Part shown: positions 1 to 13,925 of the stretch, one piece after another
Layout of the letters: every line of letters begins with the position of its first letter
How positions within the stretch are numbered: position 1 is the first letter of the stretch
Origin: Eledone cirrhosa
Lineage: Eukaryota
Direction of reading: 5' to 3'
Length of the DNA stretch: 64,000 nucleotides
Assembly: GCA_964016885.1 (NCBI GenBank)
Contig: OZ024742.1
Coordinates: 195,982,001-196,046,000 of the forward strand
Made by a program: the position numbers and the translations under genes
Notes under the pieces: model-generated
What the model was told of the DNA's origin: nothing
Database searches by the model: none
What the model saw: only the letters and a program-made list of their open reading frames with translations

Positions 1-122
1 GTGTTGTCGATGAATGACACAATGAACAACAAATACAGACAGTTTTTCTCTCTTCAGAAGAGTGACGAAACCCTTATGTTGGCCGACCATTGCTCTTGCG
101 TCGTCCGTAGCACATGATACAA

Positions 123-488
123 TGTGTGTTGTAATTGGTCCTAGATGTATGTATTACCTGCCTGTGTGTTGTAGGTAGTCCTAGATGTATGTATTACCTG
201 CTTAAGTATTGCATGTGGTCCTAGATGTATGTATTACCTGATTATGTGTTGTATGTGGTCCTAGATGTTTGTATTACCTGATTATGTGTTGTATGTGGTC
301 CTAGATGTTTGTATTACCTGCTTATGTGTTTATGTGTTGTATGTGGTCCTAAATGTATGTATTACTTGCCTGTGTGTTGTATGTGGTCCTAGATGTGTGT
401 GCTACCTCCTTATGTGTTGTATGTGGTCCTAGATGTGTGTATTATCTGATTATGTGTTGTATGTGGTCCTAGATGTGTGTGCTACCCG
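123..488. repeat. 40-bp minisatellite, about 9 copies
   Basis: Unit TATGTGTTGTATGTGGTCCTAGATGTATGTATTACCTGAT recurs every 40 nt (GTCCTAGATG at 138, 178, 218, 258, 298...). Confidence 0.95.
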
Positions 489-859
489 CTTCTGGGATTT
501 TCTTTTCTTTTTTATTTGTAATATTAATTATACAATAGGAAATAAAATAGATCTACATAGTGTTAACTCGTTACGGTTGAGTCAATAATTTCAGACATGA
601 AATACATTGTTATCGGTGAAGGAAAAACAAGATTCTAACTGGCTGCGCTTGAAGTGTCCTGGATCCAGTTGACTGTGGGTTTTTCCATTGTTAGGATCTC
701 AATTGCCGGTTAATGTCTAAACACGCCTGCACACCTGCTCATAGCTGCGGTCAGACCATAGTTATGCTGTCTGCATGCTCATTCAAATGCATTCACACTG
801 GCTGTCTCAAAGACATACAAATATGGCTTATAAAACTTACCAAAGTAAAGAGCCTTCCA

Positions 860-970
860 GTGCACGCCAAAGCTCCAAACGCCCCCCTAATGCCCCCTTG
901 CTCCCAAACGCCCCCCTGGAGTTCCGAAACGCCCCCTGGGGGTGTATATGCCCCCCGTTGAGAACCTTTG
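860..970. mobile_element. Probable hAT/Charlie-like DNA transposon end
   Basis: Subterminal CGCCCCC repeats ending in GTTGAGAACCTTTG, like the reverse complement of a CAGTGGTTCTCAAC-type TIR; similar end TTTGAGAACCTCTG at ~5214-5228. Confidence 0.5.
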
Positions 971-1464
971 GTTTAAACCTTAAAACACCTCTCCTACACG
1001 CTTTAAGTACATATAAACTCATTAAAACACACTTTTGTATTTAAATCCCCAATCAGCCAGTAACAATCGTATAAAAACTATCACCATACCACAAGTTACC
1101 AATGACAACCATTATCAGCCCCGTTAGCCGCTGGGTAATATACTGCACATCTCAAGGCAATCTATCATGGGTTTGTAGTAGATTAGAGAAAAACACAATC
1201 AGTAAAACAGTAATGGAATGAAGAGTAGAAACAATTTTGTAGTTAAAGCCTTATACTTACGCTATACACTTCAATTACGTCGAAACTTATTTAATAAGTT
1301 TAAATTCTAAACACTTTTTATTCAGACGTACGTACCGCGATAAGAAAATAGATATGTCCTAACGAAAACCAACTCCAGTCCTGAACTTTATGGACAGTAT
1401 GAAAAACAAAATTGATTTCGGCAGAATTTGAATTCAAAGAACCGGAACAAATACCAAGGCGTTT

Positions 1465-3545
1465 TACAATAATAATATAAACAGAAATATAAACAATACC
1501 TCAAATAACATTACAAAAAACAAAAATAGAAGAAGAACTAATACATTTTTCAATCCCCCTTTCAATCTAAACGTTTCTACCAACTTGCCTAAGGCTTTCT
1601 TCTCAATCTTAGAAAATAACTTCCCAGTCGGCCACAAATACCATAATCTTATCAATAAAAATACCATTAAAGTCTCTTACTCTACCACACCTAACATCGC
1701 GTACCATATAGCTAGTAGTAATAAAAGGAAGATTAATAATTATTTCCAACTAATTAAATCACAACAGTGGATGAACTTACATAACAACATAGTACCAGAG
1801 AATTCTAGTAGCAATAATAGTAATAGCACTAATGAAATAATAACAATGGGAATGATAATCATCATTACCCTAATGCTATCCCTAACAACCATACATCTAC
1901 ACATCCTAGTAACCAGCAAGTAAACAACCAGAATAACTGTAACTGTAGAGCTAATAGAACTTGCACCCTAGAAAAAAATTGCTTAATCAAGGACATCATT
2001 TACTCATGCATGGTCAATACAAACAACACTTCAAAAACATATATCGGCTTTACTTCGAGATATAACTTGCTTCAAGACGAGATATAACTCGCATCTCCAC
2101 ACTTTCAAAAGTCGCAATCTAGCCAACTCCACTTCTTTATCTAACTACATACACTCTCTGAAAACTAGGAATAGACCATATACACTTCAATGGGAAGTAA
2201 TAGATAAAGCCGCATCGTATAAACCACCGAATAAATTATGTAACCTCTGTCTTCTAGAGACTCGCACTATAATCTATTCTAAGCTAAACCTCTTAAATAG
2301 AAAATCAGAAAGTTTTTCCATGTGCCAACACTACCACCGACACTCTTTCCACAACTTCAAACCTAACTGCTAGTATATAACAATGTCAGATCTGGACTCC
2401 ACACCAACGTTAACACTTTACCTCTAGATTTCAGCAGCATCACATTCTATGATCAGCTCATTCCTCTACTTACCCCTATTTATCTCAAATCTTATACTCT
2501 ACAATAACTAGTAGGAATAAACATAAAGTTACCAACATTTAATATAACTACAATAACTTACTAATATTTTATTCATTTAATTAATATATGGGTAGGTAGT
2601 GATAAAATGAGACCTTTAAGATATTATATGTAAAAAGGATAGTATTTAAAATTAAATATATAAATTTAAAAATAAATAGCATTATATAAAAGGATTCACT
2701 TATAATATAATATATTATATATTAACACATAGAATTTAACTAATTGGAGTTGTAAACAACTATACATTTTTCTCTTATATACAAATTAATCGCCAATTAC
2801 CTCCCCTTTCACATTAGCTCCCCTTAATATAGATCTCTAATCACTTCCTGAAATTAAACCGTTAAACAGATCACTCCAGAACAATTCGAACCCTTGATAA
2901 GATTGTAATTGAACCAAAATACAATCCACTGGTATAGCTACTAATAAACATTTACTAAAATATAACCAATGTAATGGAAAGGAAAACCTTGGTATTAATA
3001 CTCACAACACATGCATATTTGAACATTACCGGAACAATTATCACTTTACATCCACCATAAACTTCATAGAAACTGCTTTTCATACCCAAGCATCTCTCTC
3101 TGCTTAATATGCTTTTATACCTGTATTGTATTATGTGATACCTTTGCCATAATGTGATATATATGCTTAGCACCATTGCTTGTTTCTTACATGGTTATTC
3201 TGTACATGCCTAACACATCTGCACTCTCTCTATACGCTTGCATATGTACTGCTAATGTCCTCGTTTTGCGAGTAACTTTCTTCTTTAATTCTTCTATAAT
3301 TGTTGTATTATTCTTTTATAATCTTTGTCGCATCCACTGATACTAACCACATCATCTTCACTCTTTAAATATGACACTGTTGATGACAACACTAACATCT
3401 ACGTATCTCCACGATTGTTCTGTAGAATAGGAGGTTAATTATATGTCTAAACTTTGCTAGTGCTCCCATGATTCCAAACGAAAGTTTGGAAGAAACGATT
3501 GTCAGCAATAAAATGTTTTGAACATAGTTTTGATTATTCAGTAAT
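1465..3545 (+). mobile_element. Penelope-like element (Naiad-like), 5'-truncated: RT C-terminus, GIY-YIG remnant, 3' pLTR
   Basis: FNPPFN...KYHNLINKNTIKVSYSTTPN, CNCR..C....C, IIYSC...TYIG, homologous to ORF 43704-45317; decayed HHR at 3461-3507 followed by AATAAA. Confidence 0.85.
3461..3507 (+). ncRNA. Decayed type I hammerhead motif
   Basis: TGCT-CCCATGA(core mutated)-TTCCAAAC GAAA GTTTGGAA-GAAA-C GATT G-TC-AGCA. Confidence 0.55.
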
Positions 3546-3849
3546 TTATATTCCGGCTCTGTAAAACATCTGATGTATTACATTGAGCTATTTTTCTTAC
3601 TGGTAATAAGGTGGTAATGAATTACTGACCTTTCCTGTTTATAATTATATATAGTGTATATATAAGTATAAATAATAATATAATTATTATATATATATAT
3701 ATTCACACACACACACATATAAACAAACACTTAGAAACCCTTTCTATTTAGCAGGTTACAGTAATGCTGTATTCGTTTCTTTGACGTCACCGGTTATAAT
3801 TTCATTCAACACCACCACCAGCTCTCTCACTCTCTTCCATTTTCCTACT

Positions 3850-3976
3850 CTGTCTCCTTCTCTCTCTCTCTCTCTCTCTCCATCTCTCTCTCTCACCCTC
3901 TCTCTCTCTCTCTCTCTCTTTCTATGTCTCTCTCTTTCAATCTACTTTCTCACAACCACTATCTCTTTCTCTCTAT

Positions 3977-4038
<62 letters not shown>

Positions 4039-4262
4039 AAGAAGAAGAAGAAGAAGAAGAAGAAGAAGAAGAAGAAGAAGAAGAAGAAGAAGGGATCCGA
4101 AAAACCCCATATCTCGGGCCCTATGCTCCGATTTACGCGAAACTTATTTTATTCCATTTGTATTCCCATTTCAGGGTCAACATCCCTTCAAAGTATTTTC
4201 CCATTAAGCGCCCTTGTATCACATTACAGAAAAGCAAGCAAGCAATCACAGAGTTTTAGTAG

Positions 4263-4360
<98 letters not shown>
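3850..4360. repeat. (CT)n, (GAA)n and (AGAT)n microsatellites
   Basis: Directly visible. Confidence 0.95.
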
Positions 4361-4457
4361 TATGTTTTTTGTTTTGTATTTTTGTTTTGTATTTTTGTAT
4401 TTTGTTTTGTATTTTTGTTGGGGTTTTTTGGGGGGCGGGGACTGTTTAATCTTGGAG

Positions 4458-4595
4458 GTACGTGGCTCGGTGGTTTGGATTTTGTCATGAGTTCGATTCC
4501 TTTACCAGGTGGTACATTGTGTTCTTGAGCAAAACACGTCATTTCACGTTGATCCAGCTGAGGATTAACCCTGAGATGAACTGGTAACCTGTTCA
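4458..4595 (+). mobile_element. Decayed tRNA-derived SINE with CORE-like domain
   Basis: A-box-like TGGCTCGGTGG, B-box GAGTTCGATTCC, then GTGTTCTTGAGCAAAACAC. Confidence 0.55.
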
Positions 4596-5644
4596 ATGTG
4601 AAGTCTTGGTCTCTGAATCACTTAACGCCAGTAAAACCAGGACAGACTCTGGTTTAGGACAGACTTTGGAGTCATTAAAGAAAAGGCAGTACACATGACC
4701 CTTTTCATAGACGCCATGATTTGTTGAAGGGAGGGGCGAAAGTGTCTTCAAACCAAGGATTTGATTCGGGTACTTGCTACACAGGGAACTCCGCTTTGAA
4801 AACATCCACGGTCTAGTTGGCGGTGTTAAATTAGATGACGGATTAAATTTAACATCCAAGAATCAGATGGTGGTGTTAAACTGGGGGACATTAAGTCTAC
4901 CATCCAAGGGCCAGGTGGTATTAAATCGAGCAAAGTTCTTGCAATTCCACCAACCCACCGCCCGGGGCAAATACCCAGGTAGGGCTCAGCGGGATTTGAA
5001 CTCAGAACGTAAAATCCAGGAAGAAATACCTACAATACATCACGTTCACCATCTTACAATTCCGCACTCCACCATCCTCAACTAAAAGGCAAATTTGAAC
5101 TTTACGTGATTTGAGCTCAGAGTGCAGAAAGCCAGAACAAATATCGCACCGTCCCCTTAAACCCCAGTGCCTCCTGCACTTTCTCAACGCCTCCGTGGGG
5201 CAGTAGCGCCCACTTTGAGAACCTCTGACTTACACGTTAATTTCCAAAGCAGATTGCTCTGTTGCTCAAACAACTAGAACATTCATCGTCTAAACCAACG
5301 GAAGCCCATTCCAATGTCGTGTGCAAAAAAAAAGAGAAGAAGCATGATGTCGTGTGCAAAAGAATATGGCGTCATATTTGAAAGTAACCTGTTATCACCA
5401 GATACTTCAACATAATCAGGTCAAGAACTATTGACAATCTCTGTCTATTTCTCTGGAATATTTGACTTTGGTCAAGATTGTTAGACAATCTTCACCACTT
5501 AATTATCTATGAAATTCTCCTTGAAATATTACAGGAGTTAAGAACATTTCTTTCCGTGATTTTTCTTGTATTTAATCTTATTTTCGAGTTTTGTGATATT
5601 TAACTATTATTATAAATGTCATTATGGTATAAAATAGCAGTTAA

Positions 5645-6190
5645 ATATTGGGGTTGATTTAATTGAATACCCCTTCTCCCAAATTATTGACCTTGTACCT
5701 AAATCAGAAACCATTCTAATTATACAAGGTGGTGAATTGGCAGAATCGGTAGAGCCTCGGACACCATGCTTTGCGGCATACATTTAGGTCTCTTTACGTT
5801 CTGAGTTCAAATCCCACCGAGGTTAGCTTTGCCTTTCATCCTTACAGGATCGAGTAATAATGCATTGGGGTCAATTTAATCGACTTTCTCCTCCCCCAAA
5901 ATTGTTGGCCTTGTGCTTAAATCAGAAACCATTATTATTAGGGCAGTGGATAGGCAGTATCGGTAGAACGTCGGATACCATGCTTTGCAGCATAGAGTTA
6001 TGGCCCTTTACGGTCTGAGTTCAAATCCCGCCGAGGTTAGCTTTGCTTTTCATCCTTACAGGGTCGATAAAATAAAGCACCAGTAATGCACTGGGGCCGA
6101 TTTAATTGACTGTCTCCTCTCCCCCAAATTACTGGCCTTGTGCCTATACTAGAAATCATTATCATTATCATTATCATCGTTATTATCATT
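5645..6190 (+). mobile_element. Head-to-tail array of tRNA-derived Nin-domain SINE (~230 bp unit)
   Basis: GGCGGTGGATTGGCAGTATCGGTAG-type head, B-box GAGTTCAAATCC, Nin-like GCCTTTCATCCTTACGGGGTCGATAAAAT, (ATT)n tail. Confidence 0.9.
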
Positions 6191-6194
6191 ACAT

Positions 6195-6450
6195 AGGTCG
6201 GATTAGTGAATTAGTTAAGCGGGCATTAACTAATGGTGGTTCGCGCTAAAAAGGGCCATGAGAATAAAATTCAGAAGGTTTGGCAAAGGACTGGCACTAG
6301 AAAAAAACACAGAGTAGAGGAGGGTCTGATCGGGAAACTAGATGAGGCATTTAGAAAAGACATCGCGATAGATGTACTCGTAGCAAGATTGGCTCTCAAT
6401 CAATTCTCCTAAGTGAAACACGAAGACTTCGTTGTTAGAGCTAGAGCACG
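6195..6450 (+). mobile_element. Tx1 LINE ORF2 fragment
   Basis: Similar to 35055-35330 (CGGATTAGTGAATTAGTTAAG...GTTGTTAGAGCTAG). Confidence 0.75.
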
Positions 6451-6689
6451 AAAACCATTGGATGGGTTCAACCATACAACGTGCTGCTTAAACTAGGAAT
6501 TGAATCCATGACCTTAAGATTGTTAGCTTAACACACTAACCACTGGACTGCACATTGTCACTCATTTTAACTTAGTGATGTTAGAAACGGAAAGGCTAAA
6601 ATAAACAACGAAGTCCTAGATATCTCTCAAATAATGGCTGGAATGCTTTTGATCATATCACGTATAATCAGAATTGACCTTGGGTTACA

Positions 6690-6980
6690 CAACTGCAACA
6701 ACAACACAGACAACGATAGCAACAACAACACAGACAACGATAGCATCAACAGCAACAGCAGCAACAGCAGCAACAGCAGCAACAGCAGCAGCAGCAACAA
6801 CGACGACGATAATAACAACGATAGCAGCAACAACAACGACGACGACGACAACAACAACATAACAACACAGACAACGATAGCAACAACAGCAACAGCAACA
6901 ACAACGACGACGACGACGACGACAACAACAACATAACAACACAGACAACGATAGCAACAACAACAACAACAACAACGACG

Positions 6981-7026
<46 letters not shown>

Positions 7027-7600
7027 CGACGACGACGAAGACGACGACGACAACAACAACACAGACAACGATAGCAACAACAGCAACAACAACAACGACG
7101 ACGACGACAACAACAACAACAACACCAACAACAACAACAACAACAATAACAGCAGCAACAATACCAACAACATTGATGACACCAATACCAACAACACCAA
7201 CAGCAAAAACAACACAAGAAGAACCACAACAACAACAATAACGACAACAACAACACCAACAAAAACAACACAAGAACCACAACAACAACAATAACGACAG
7301 CAACACCACCAACAAAAACAACACAAGAAGAACCACAACAACAACAATAACGACAACAACAACACCAACAAAAACAACACAAGAAGAACCACAACAACAA
7401 CAATAACGACAACAACACCACCAACAAAAACAACACAAGAAGAACCACAACAACAACAATAACGACAACAACACCACCAACAAAAACAACACAAGAAGAA
7501 CCACAACAACAACAATAACGACAACAACACCACCAACAAAAGCAACACAAGAAGAACCACAACAACAACTGCGACAGTAACAACAACAATAACAACAACA
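6690..7600. repeat. Compound (AAC)/(GAC)/(AGC) repeat with ~60-bp higher-order unit
   Basis: ACACCACCAACAAAAACAACACAAGAAGAACCACAACAACAACAATAACGAC repeated about 6 times at 7190-7580. Confidence 0.9.
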
Positions 7601-8579
7601 CTTACATTCTAGCCAACGTTGTAGAAATGATAATCTCTCATTCGAAAGAGAGAAAAAGGGCAAGTAATAAGAGAGAACAAGAAACACTGTACCATCCACT
7701 CCATTATCTTCAATCACATCTCAATGTTTGTACTGAAGGAAAGATTATTATCTCAATTAGCTTTCACTCTTAATTTCTGTGTTCTTTTAGTTGGTTTCAG
7801 TCATTGAGCTGTGGCCATACTTGAGCACTACCTTCAAGGAATGTTTAGTAAATCATATCGTCATATCGACCCCAGTTCTTCATTCGGTATTTTACTCTTC
7901 TTTATTTTATTGGTTTATGGACACAGCACTACCAAACGGTTAAGGAGTTCGTTTTGTAATCACAAGGTCCTGTTTTCGATCCCACAGCCTCGCATTTTGG
8001 GTAAGTGTTGTTTACCATAATCTCGGGATGACCTCCATACCTTGTGGCTGAAATTGAGTAAAAGAACTGATTCTGTAATTCAAATGGCCTGAGAAATTCG
8101 TTAAAGGTATATGTATCTGTGAAATGCCCCGCCACTTGCTCGTTAGTTGATCGAACAACTGAAACACTCATTGTCGAAACCGACGGAAGTCCACTCCATT
8201 CTGTTATTTTCTAATTATTAATAGAGCTTTCGTCGTAATTAAATACCCCGTTGATATATCACATGTCGTATATCTGTGTCTATTTGTATACATACATATA
8301 TACATGATGATGGCTGCCTCCTCGTTATCGAGTATGGCCATTGCACGAGGAGAAAAAGAAAAAAAATTAATAAATAAATAAAAAATAAAATAAAAAATAA
8401 AAAAAAGAAATATATATATATATATATATGTAGGAGGTGAGTTTTATTGTAGTACAATAAAGCAATGCAGATATCGGATAAGAAGCACTCTACAGTTTGT
8501 AGGAATGGAGTATACATGATATGTTGATTTAAAACTGCACTATCCACAAGTGTTTTTTAACCTTCATATCATGTCTTCC

Positions 8580-8650
8580 TATCTTATCTGATGAAAACAC
8601 AAATATTATTGCATGATGATATTTGTTTTTGAAATGCGCATAATAAAATA
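8580..8650 (+). ncRNA. Type I hammerhead in a PLE-type terminus ending in (TA)n
   Basis: TTAT-CTGATGA-long stem II (ACAAATAT..ATATTTGT)-GAAA-TGCGCA-TA-ATAA. Confidence 0.8.
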
Positions 8651-8678
8651 CATGGAACTCTTTTAACCATCTTTTGTT

Positions 8679-8713
<35 letters not shown>

Positions 8714-8828
8714 AATTTATATCTAGTAACATTTATATACACACAGATGCATGCATATCAATGCTAGCAAATATATAGGTTTTGTCTTATTAACATTGTG
8801 GTTCAATGCATGGGGTTGCAGAACAATA

Positions 8829-9465
<637 letters not shown>

Positions 9466-9644
9466 ATATACATATATACACACATATATATACACACACA
9501 CATATACATTAATAACAATAATAATCATAATAATAACAACAATAATAATAACGACAGCAACAATAATAATATACATATACATATATATATACACATACAC
9601 GCACACACATAAACATATCTATACACACACACACACACGATAGC

Positions 9645-10227
9645 AACTAACAGCGCTGCGATCGAATGTCGCTTTTTAGCCCAGCCAATGATCTAAAATG
9701 TCTTGCACAGAGTCGGCAACCAAAGCATTCACTGGGAATAGTCGGCTGTGGTTGGAGTTCATGTACTTTTGCATGTCGCTTGAGCCCTCCTGCTGATTTA
9801 CATTCTCTACCACATGTTTGGCAAGCATGATGAGTAGCATCTCCAACAGCAGCCTGGTAGTCAACCACTGGTCTTACTTTATGACTGCGAAGATGACTTT
9901 CGAGTCCAGCTTTGCTTAGGCAGAGTCTCGCACAGACGCTGCATGCCAGCACCATAGGAGGACCCTCGCCGTCTGGAAGTGCAACAGCAATGCCCTTCCT
10001 CACATCCCGCTTTACTTTCTCGTATGCGATTCGAGATGCCTCAAAGGCAACTTTTCCCTCGTATAGTCTTTCTCCATTTATTACGATCAGCAGCAATATT
10101 TTCCCATGTATCAGCAGAGATGTTAGCTTCTTTCAAAGAAGCTTTCAAGGAATCCTTATACCTCTTTTTTGGTTTATGTGACGGTCGTTTTCCTTTAACC
10201 AACTCTCCATAAAAGAGTTGTTTTGGT
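9645..10227 (-). mobile_element. RTE (BovB-like) LINE 3' region with three C2H2 zinc-finger motifs
   Basis: PKQLFYGEL..GKR...KKRYKDSLK..W..A.DR.KW, then CSVC..GLESHLRSH, CQTC..GLKRHAKVH, CRLC..GLKSDIRSQ (third decayed). Confidence 0.85.
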
Positions 10228-10312
10228 ATACATACATACATACATACATACATACATACATACATACATACATACATACATACATACATACATACATACA
10301 TACATACATACA

Positions 10313-11662
10313 TAAGGAGAGAACCAGAACTGAATACATCAGAAGAGTAAAGAAAATATAGTCATCAGAACTGTCAGCGTACAACAAGCACATTGCCCAC
10401 AATACTTATGCTGTGCCAATTCTAACGCCAACATTTGACCTGCTGAACTGGTCATTGCAAGAACTAAGTGAGATGGATGTTAGAACTCGCAAACTTCTCA
10501 GTGTTACTGGGAACTTTAACATCAATGGTGATGTGGATAGGCTATACTTCTCACGCAAGGAAGATGGCCGGGGTCTAAAATCTATATTAACATCATATGA
10601 GACCCGGATAGTAACACTGAAGCAACATCTCCAACAGAGGAAAAAGGTTGGCAACCATCTTGCCCAGGTCTATGAGCATGAAGAAAAAAATATCATTAGG
10701 ATAGCCACTGATCTGGAGGAGAGATATGGAATAAGGCGTGATATAAATCTCTCACCCAGAGAAATCGGAAGATCCTATTCAATGTTCAAACAAGATGAAA
10801 AAATTGACCAATTTACAGAAAAAGTTGTGCATGGATACTTGAGACGTAAGACACAGACCATAGAGGGGATAAACCACTCAAAAAGCCTGGCATGGAGTTC
10901 CGACAAGTTTATGACATCACACCTTGAGGGATATCTCTATGCAATATAAGAACAAGAACTCCCTACCAAATACCTGCTGCACAAAAGAGGAGGGCCATCA
11001 GCTGACAATAAATGTAGGCTATGTAAAACAAAAATCGAAGATGTAAGCCACATTGTTGCCAGCTGCGAAAGAATGTCATCTCGCTACTACCTCTCCATGA
11101 GACGATGTGATAGCTAGAACCATCTGGAACGCACTTCGGAAAACAAAATTAAAAACAAACGAGGAAGAATATATTGAAACAGATGGCACTAAAGAATACT
11201 GGTGGAACCTGAAAATAAAAACTGCCACCAAATTAAAGCACAACCGGCCTGATATTGTTGTTTGGGACCACACATTGAAAACGTGTTCTGTTGTGGAGAT
11301 CAGCTGCCCACTTGATGTAAACGTTGTCAGAAAAATACAGGAGAAGGAGGACATCTACGGACCATTGATGAGGAGTTTACAAATCCAGTATCCAAGATAC
11401 ACCTTTAGCTTTATACCCATCATTATTGGAGTTACGGGTTATATACCAACCCGCTTGGACCAATATATAATGAACTTGGATTTGCGGACAAAGAGCGCAG
11501 CTCCCTAATTCATAGTCTACAAATGGCTGCGATAGCTGGCACCTTCAAAATTTGCAAAACATTCTTGCGATTCAAGGGATGACAATTTCTTTTCTTTTAC
11601 AACCTTGCCACCAGGAAGGTGGCCGGTCAAAAATATACTCGAAATTAACAGAAAGAGATAAA
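10313..11662 (+). mobile_element. R4/Dong-like REL-endonuclease LINE, 5'-truncated, flanked by (TACA)n
   Basis: RLYFSRKEDGRGL, CRLC...H...C knuckle, RPDIVVWD...VVEISCP (PD-(D/E)xK); stops and frameshifts. Confidence 0.9.
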
Positions 11663-11675
11663 CATATATACATAC

Positions 11676-12215
11676 ATGATAGTTGCAAACTATGTTAAGA
11701 GTATTGTAATCGCTTGTCAGATTATAGAGTTTGGTGCACTTTTAAGCTATGGCCAGCGACACGAACCTGTAACATATCCTGAACAAGCAATGCCTGTGCT
11801 TTGAAGGTTTTTTAAATGGGGAAAGGCCTTGCACTCGACCAATCCCACTTTTTGAACATCGAAGACAGTACCCGGAAAGGAGAACTGGTCAACTTCATCA
11901 AATGCTTCCGAAACCGCAGGGGTTTTTTTTTTGTTTTTTTTTTCATTTTCCCTCTCCTAGAAAGGAAGAACAACTGGGGGCCTTTCACTCCTAGGTGAAA
12001 AAAAAATACTATATTTTTGGATGGCCGTTGACTTTGCTGAGTTCCTCCGCCCTTTGCGGGTCTTGTATTTCATCCCACAGGGTGTCCAAATATCACCCTC
12101 CTCACTAAGCTAGCTTGGTGGGGTTGCCGGTTTAGTCGCTGACGAACCGACCATGAGACAGGTTGTACTGGGTTACATGTTACCAGTAGGGTTACATGTT
12201 ACCGAAAGCGACCTG
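11676..12215 (-). mobile_element. Probable 5' part of the same internally deleted RTE element
   Basis: Collapsed CGFR/AFD-like RT remnants near 11890-11920 and a GC-richer 5' UTR-like segment starting next to (TATG)n. Confidence 0.45.
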
Positions 12216-12239
12216 ACACAATATACATACATACACACG

Positions 12240-13385
12240 AGTTGAGAAGGAACTAAGATCATGAGAGTTGAGAAGAAACTCCTTGAAAGATATTACCTGC
12301 GTGATAATCAAAAACTCACACCCAAGGAAGTTGCCCAGCAGTACCGCAGTGAATCCATGGATGAAAAACTACATGCTTATTAGCAAAAAATCATGCATGG
12401 ATATGTTGCCAGGAAGCTCCAGAGTGAGAGTAATATAGATAAAGAAAGTAGTCTATCTTGGACCAACAACCGCTATATTGGCTCCCACTTTGAAGGATAC
12501 GCTTTTGCAATCCAAGAACAGGACATCAACACGAAATACCTGATTCACAAAAGAGATAGGGATGCAGGCAAAACACCTAGATGTGACAACAAATGCAGAC
12601 TCTGCAGAATTAACATCGAAGATGTCACCCATTTCATCAGCAGCTGTCCAAAGATGTCATCGCGGTACTATCTAGCTATGAGGCATGATGTAGTAGCCAA
12701 AACACTGTATAATGCAATCCGTAGAAAAGATAGCCCCGATAATAAACACATTAAAAGCTACAGTAATGTGGAAGACATACATATAGATAATATGAAAGAG
12801 TACTGGTGGAATGTTCCAGTAAAAACCCTAATAAAATGCAGGCATAACAGACCAGATATTATGATATGGGACAGGGAAAAGAAGGCATGCACAATAGTGG
12901 AAGTTAGCTGCCCAGCAGAGGTCAATATAATATCAAAGATTAACGAAAAGGAGAATATTTATGCAGAACTAATGAGAAATATGCAGATACTCCACCCTGA
13001 TTACACCTTCATATTTATACCTGTGATTATTGGGGCACTGGGGTATGTTAGTAACTGCCTCAATACAATTCTTGAGAAGCTAGGCTTCACAGGAACAGAA
13101 AGAACACAACTAGTTAGGAAATTACAAGTACAATCCATTAATGGACAGTAAAAATATGTAAAACATTCCAAAACTTCTGCATCTAATAACTGCATATACA
13201 CATGTACAGATACAAAGCGTATGCACATCCACACATACAATAACATCCATACCTACACATGCATGCATGCATGCAGACATGCAGACATATCTACCTAGTT
13301 GATGTTGTGTAAATTCCAATGAGAAAGTCTTGTGTCTATGTTAGAAACCGACTCTCTCTCTATTGGAAAAAATTTGTGAAATTAT
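12240..13385 (+). mobile_element. R4/Dong-like REL LINE, second subfamily, 3' fragment
   Basis: ORF 12393-13151: AIQEQ, CRLC..EDVTHFISSC, RHD, RPDIMIWD..IVEVSCP; TACA repeats on both sides. Confidence 0.9.
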
Positions 13386-13544
13386 AAAACCAGAAGGACA
13401 TACTGTACATACATACGTACGTACATGATAACTATCACTTCTTTACAGAAGAGGGCCATCTCTTCAACGTTGTGCTGAACAGCCATGAGACTGCAAATGA
13501 CTCCGCAAACCTGCGTCGCTCCTGCACAAGGCCAACATTTTTTT

Positions 13545-13770
13545 GCGGTGGTGGGGTCGACCAAATCGGCCCCAGCGCATTATTGATACTTTATTTTATT
13601 GACCCCGTAAGGATGAAAAGCAAAGCTAACCTCTGCGTGATTTGAACTCAGATCGCAAAGGGACGTAACCCTATACCATAAAGCATATTGTCCGACATTC
13701 TATCGATGATCCTGTGCCATAAGGCATGCTCTCCGACGCTCTATCGATACTACCAATCCACTACCCTTGT
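13545..13770 (-). mobile_element. Nin-domain SINE copy
   Basis: Reverse complement of the SINE (GACCCCGTAAGGATGAAA, GATTTGAACTCAG). Confidence 0.8.
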
Positions 13771-13925
13771 CTTTCTTAAAATATTACCGTTTCTCTCCCT
13801 GGCGTTTTCATTGAATCGCATATTTTTCTTATTGTTTAATCTAATATGTTGTAGTATGAAGGAATCCTCTAGTTGTATTATTCATGATTTTTTTGCTTTT
13901 ATTGTCATTATTAATTCAAATATCT

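Noticed and set aside
50-85. Hammerhead-like CAGAAGAG TGAC GAAAC..GTT
   Set aside because: Stems I and II do not pair convincingly
123-488. CRISPR-like regular repeat
   Set aside because: Contiguous 40-bp units with no unique spacers, eukaryotic context, no cas genes
5725-5825. tRNA gene
   Set aside because: A and B boxes belong to a multi-copy SINE head; no full cloverleaf
6627-7717. Long Cys/Val/Leu-rich ORFs
   Set aside because: Trinucleotide repeat artefacts
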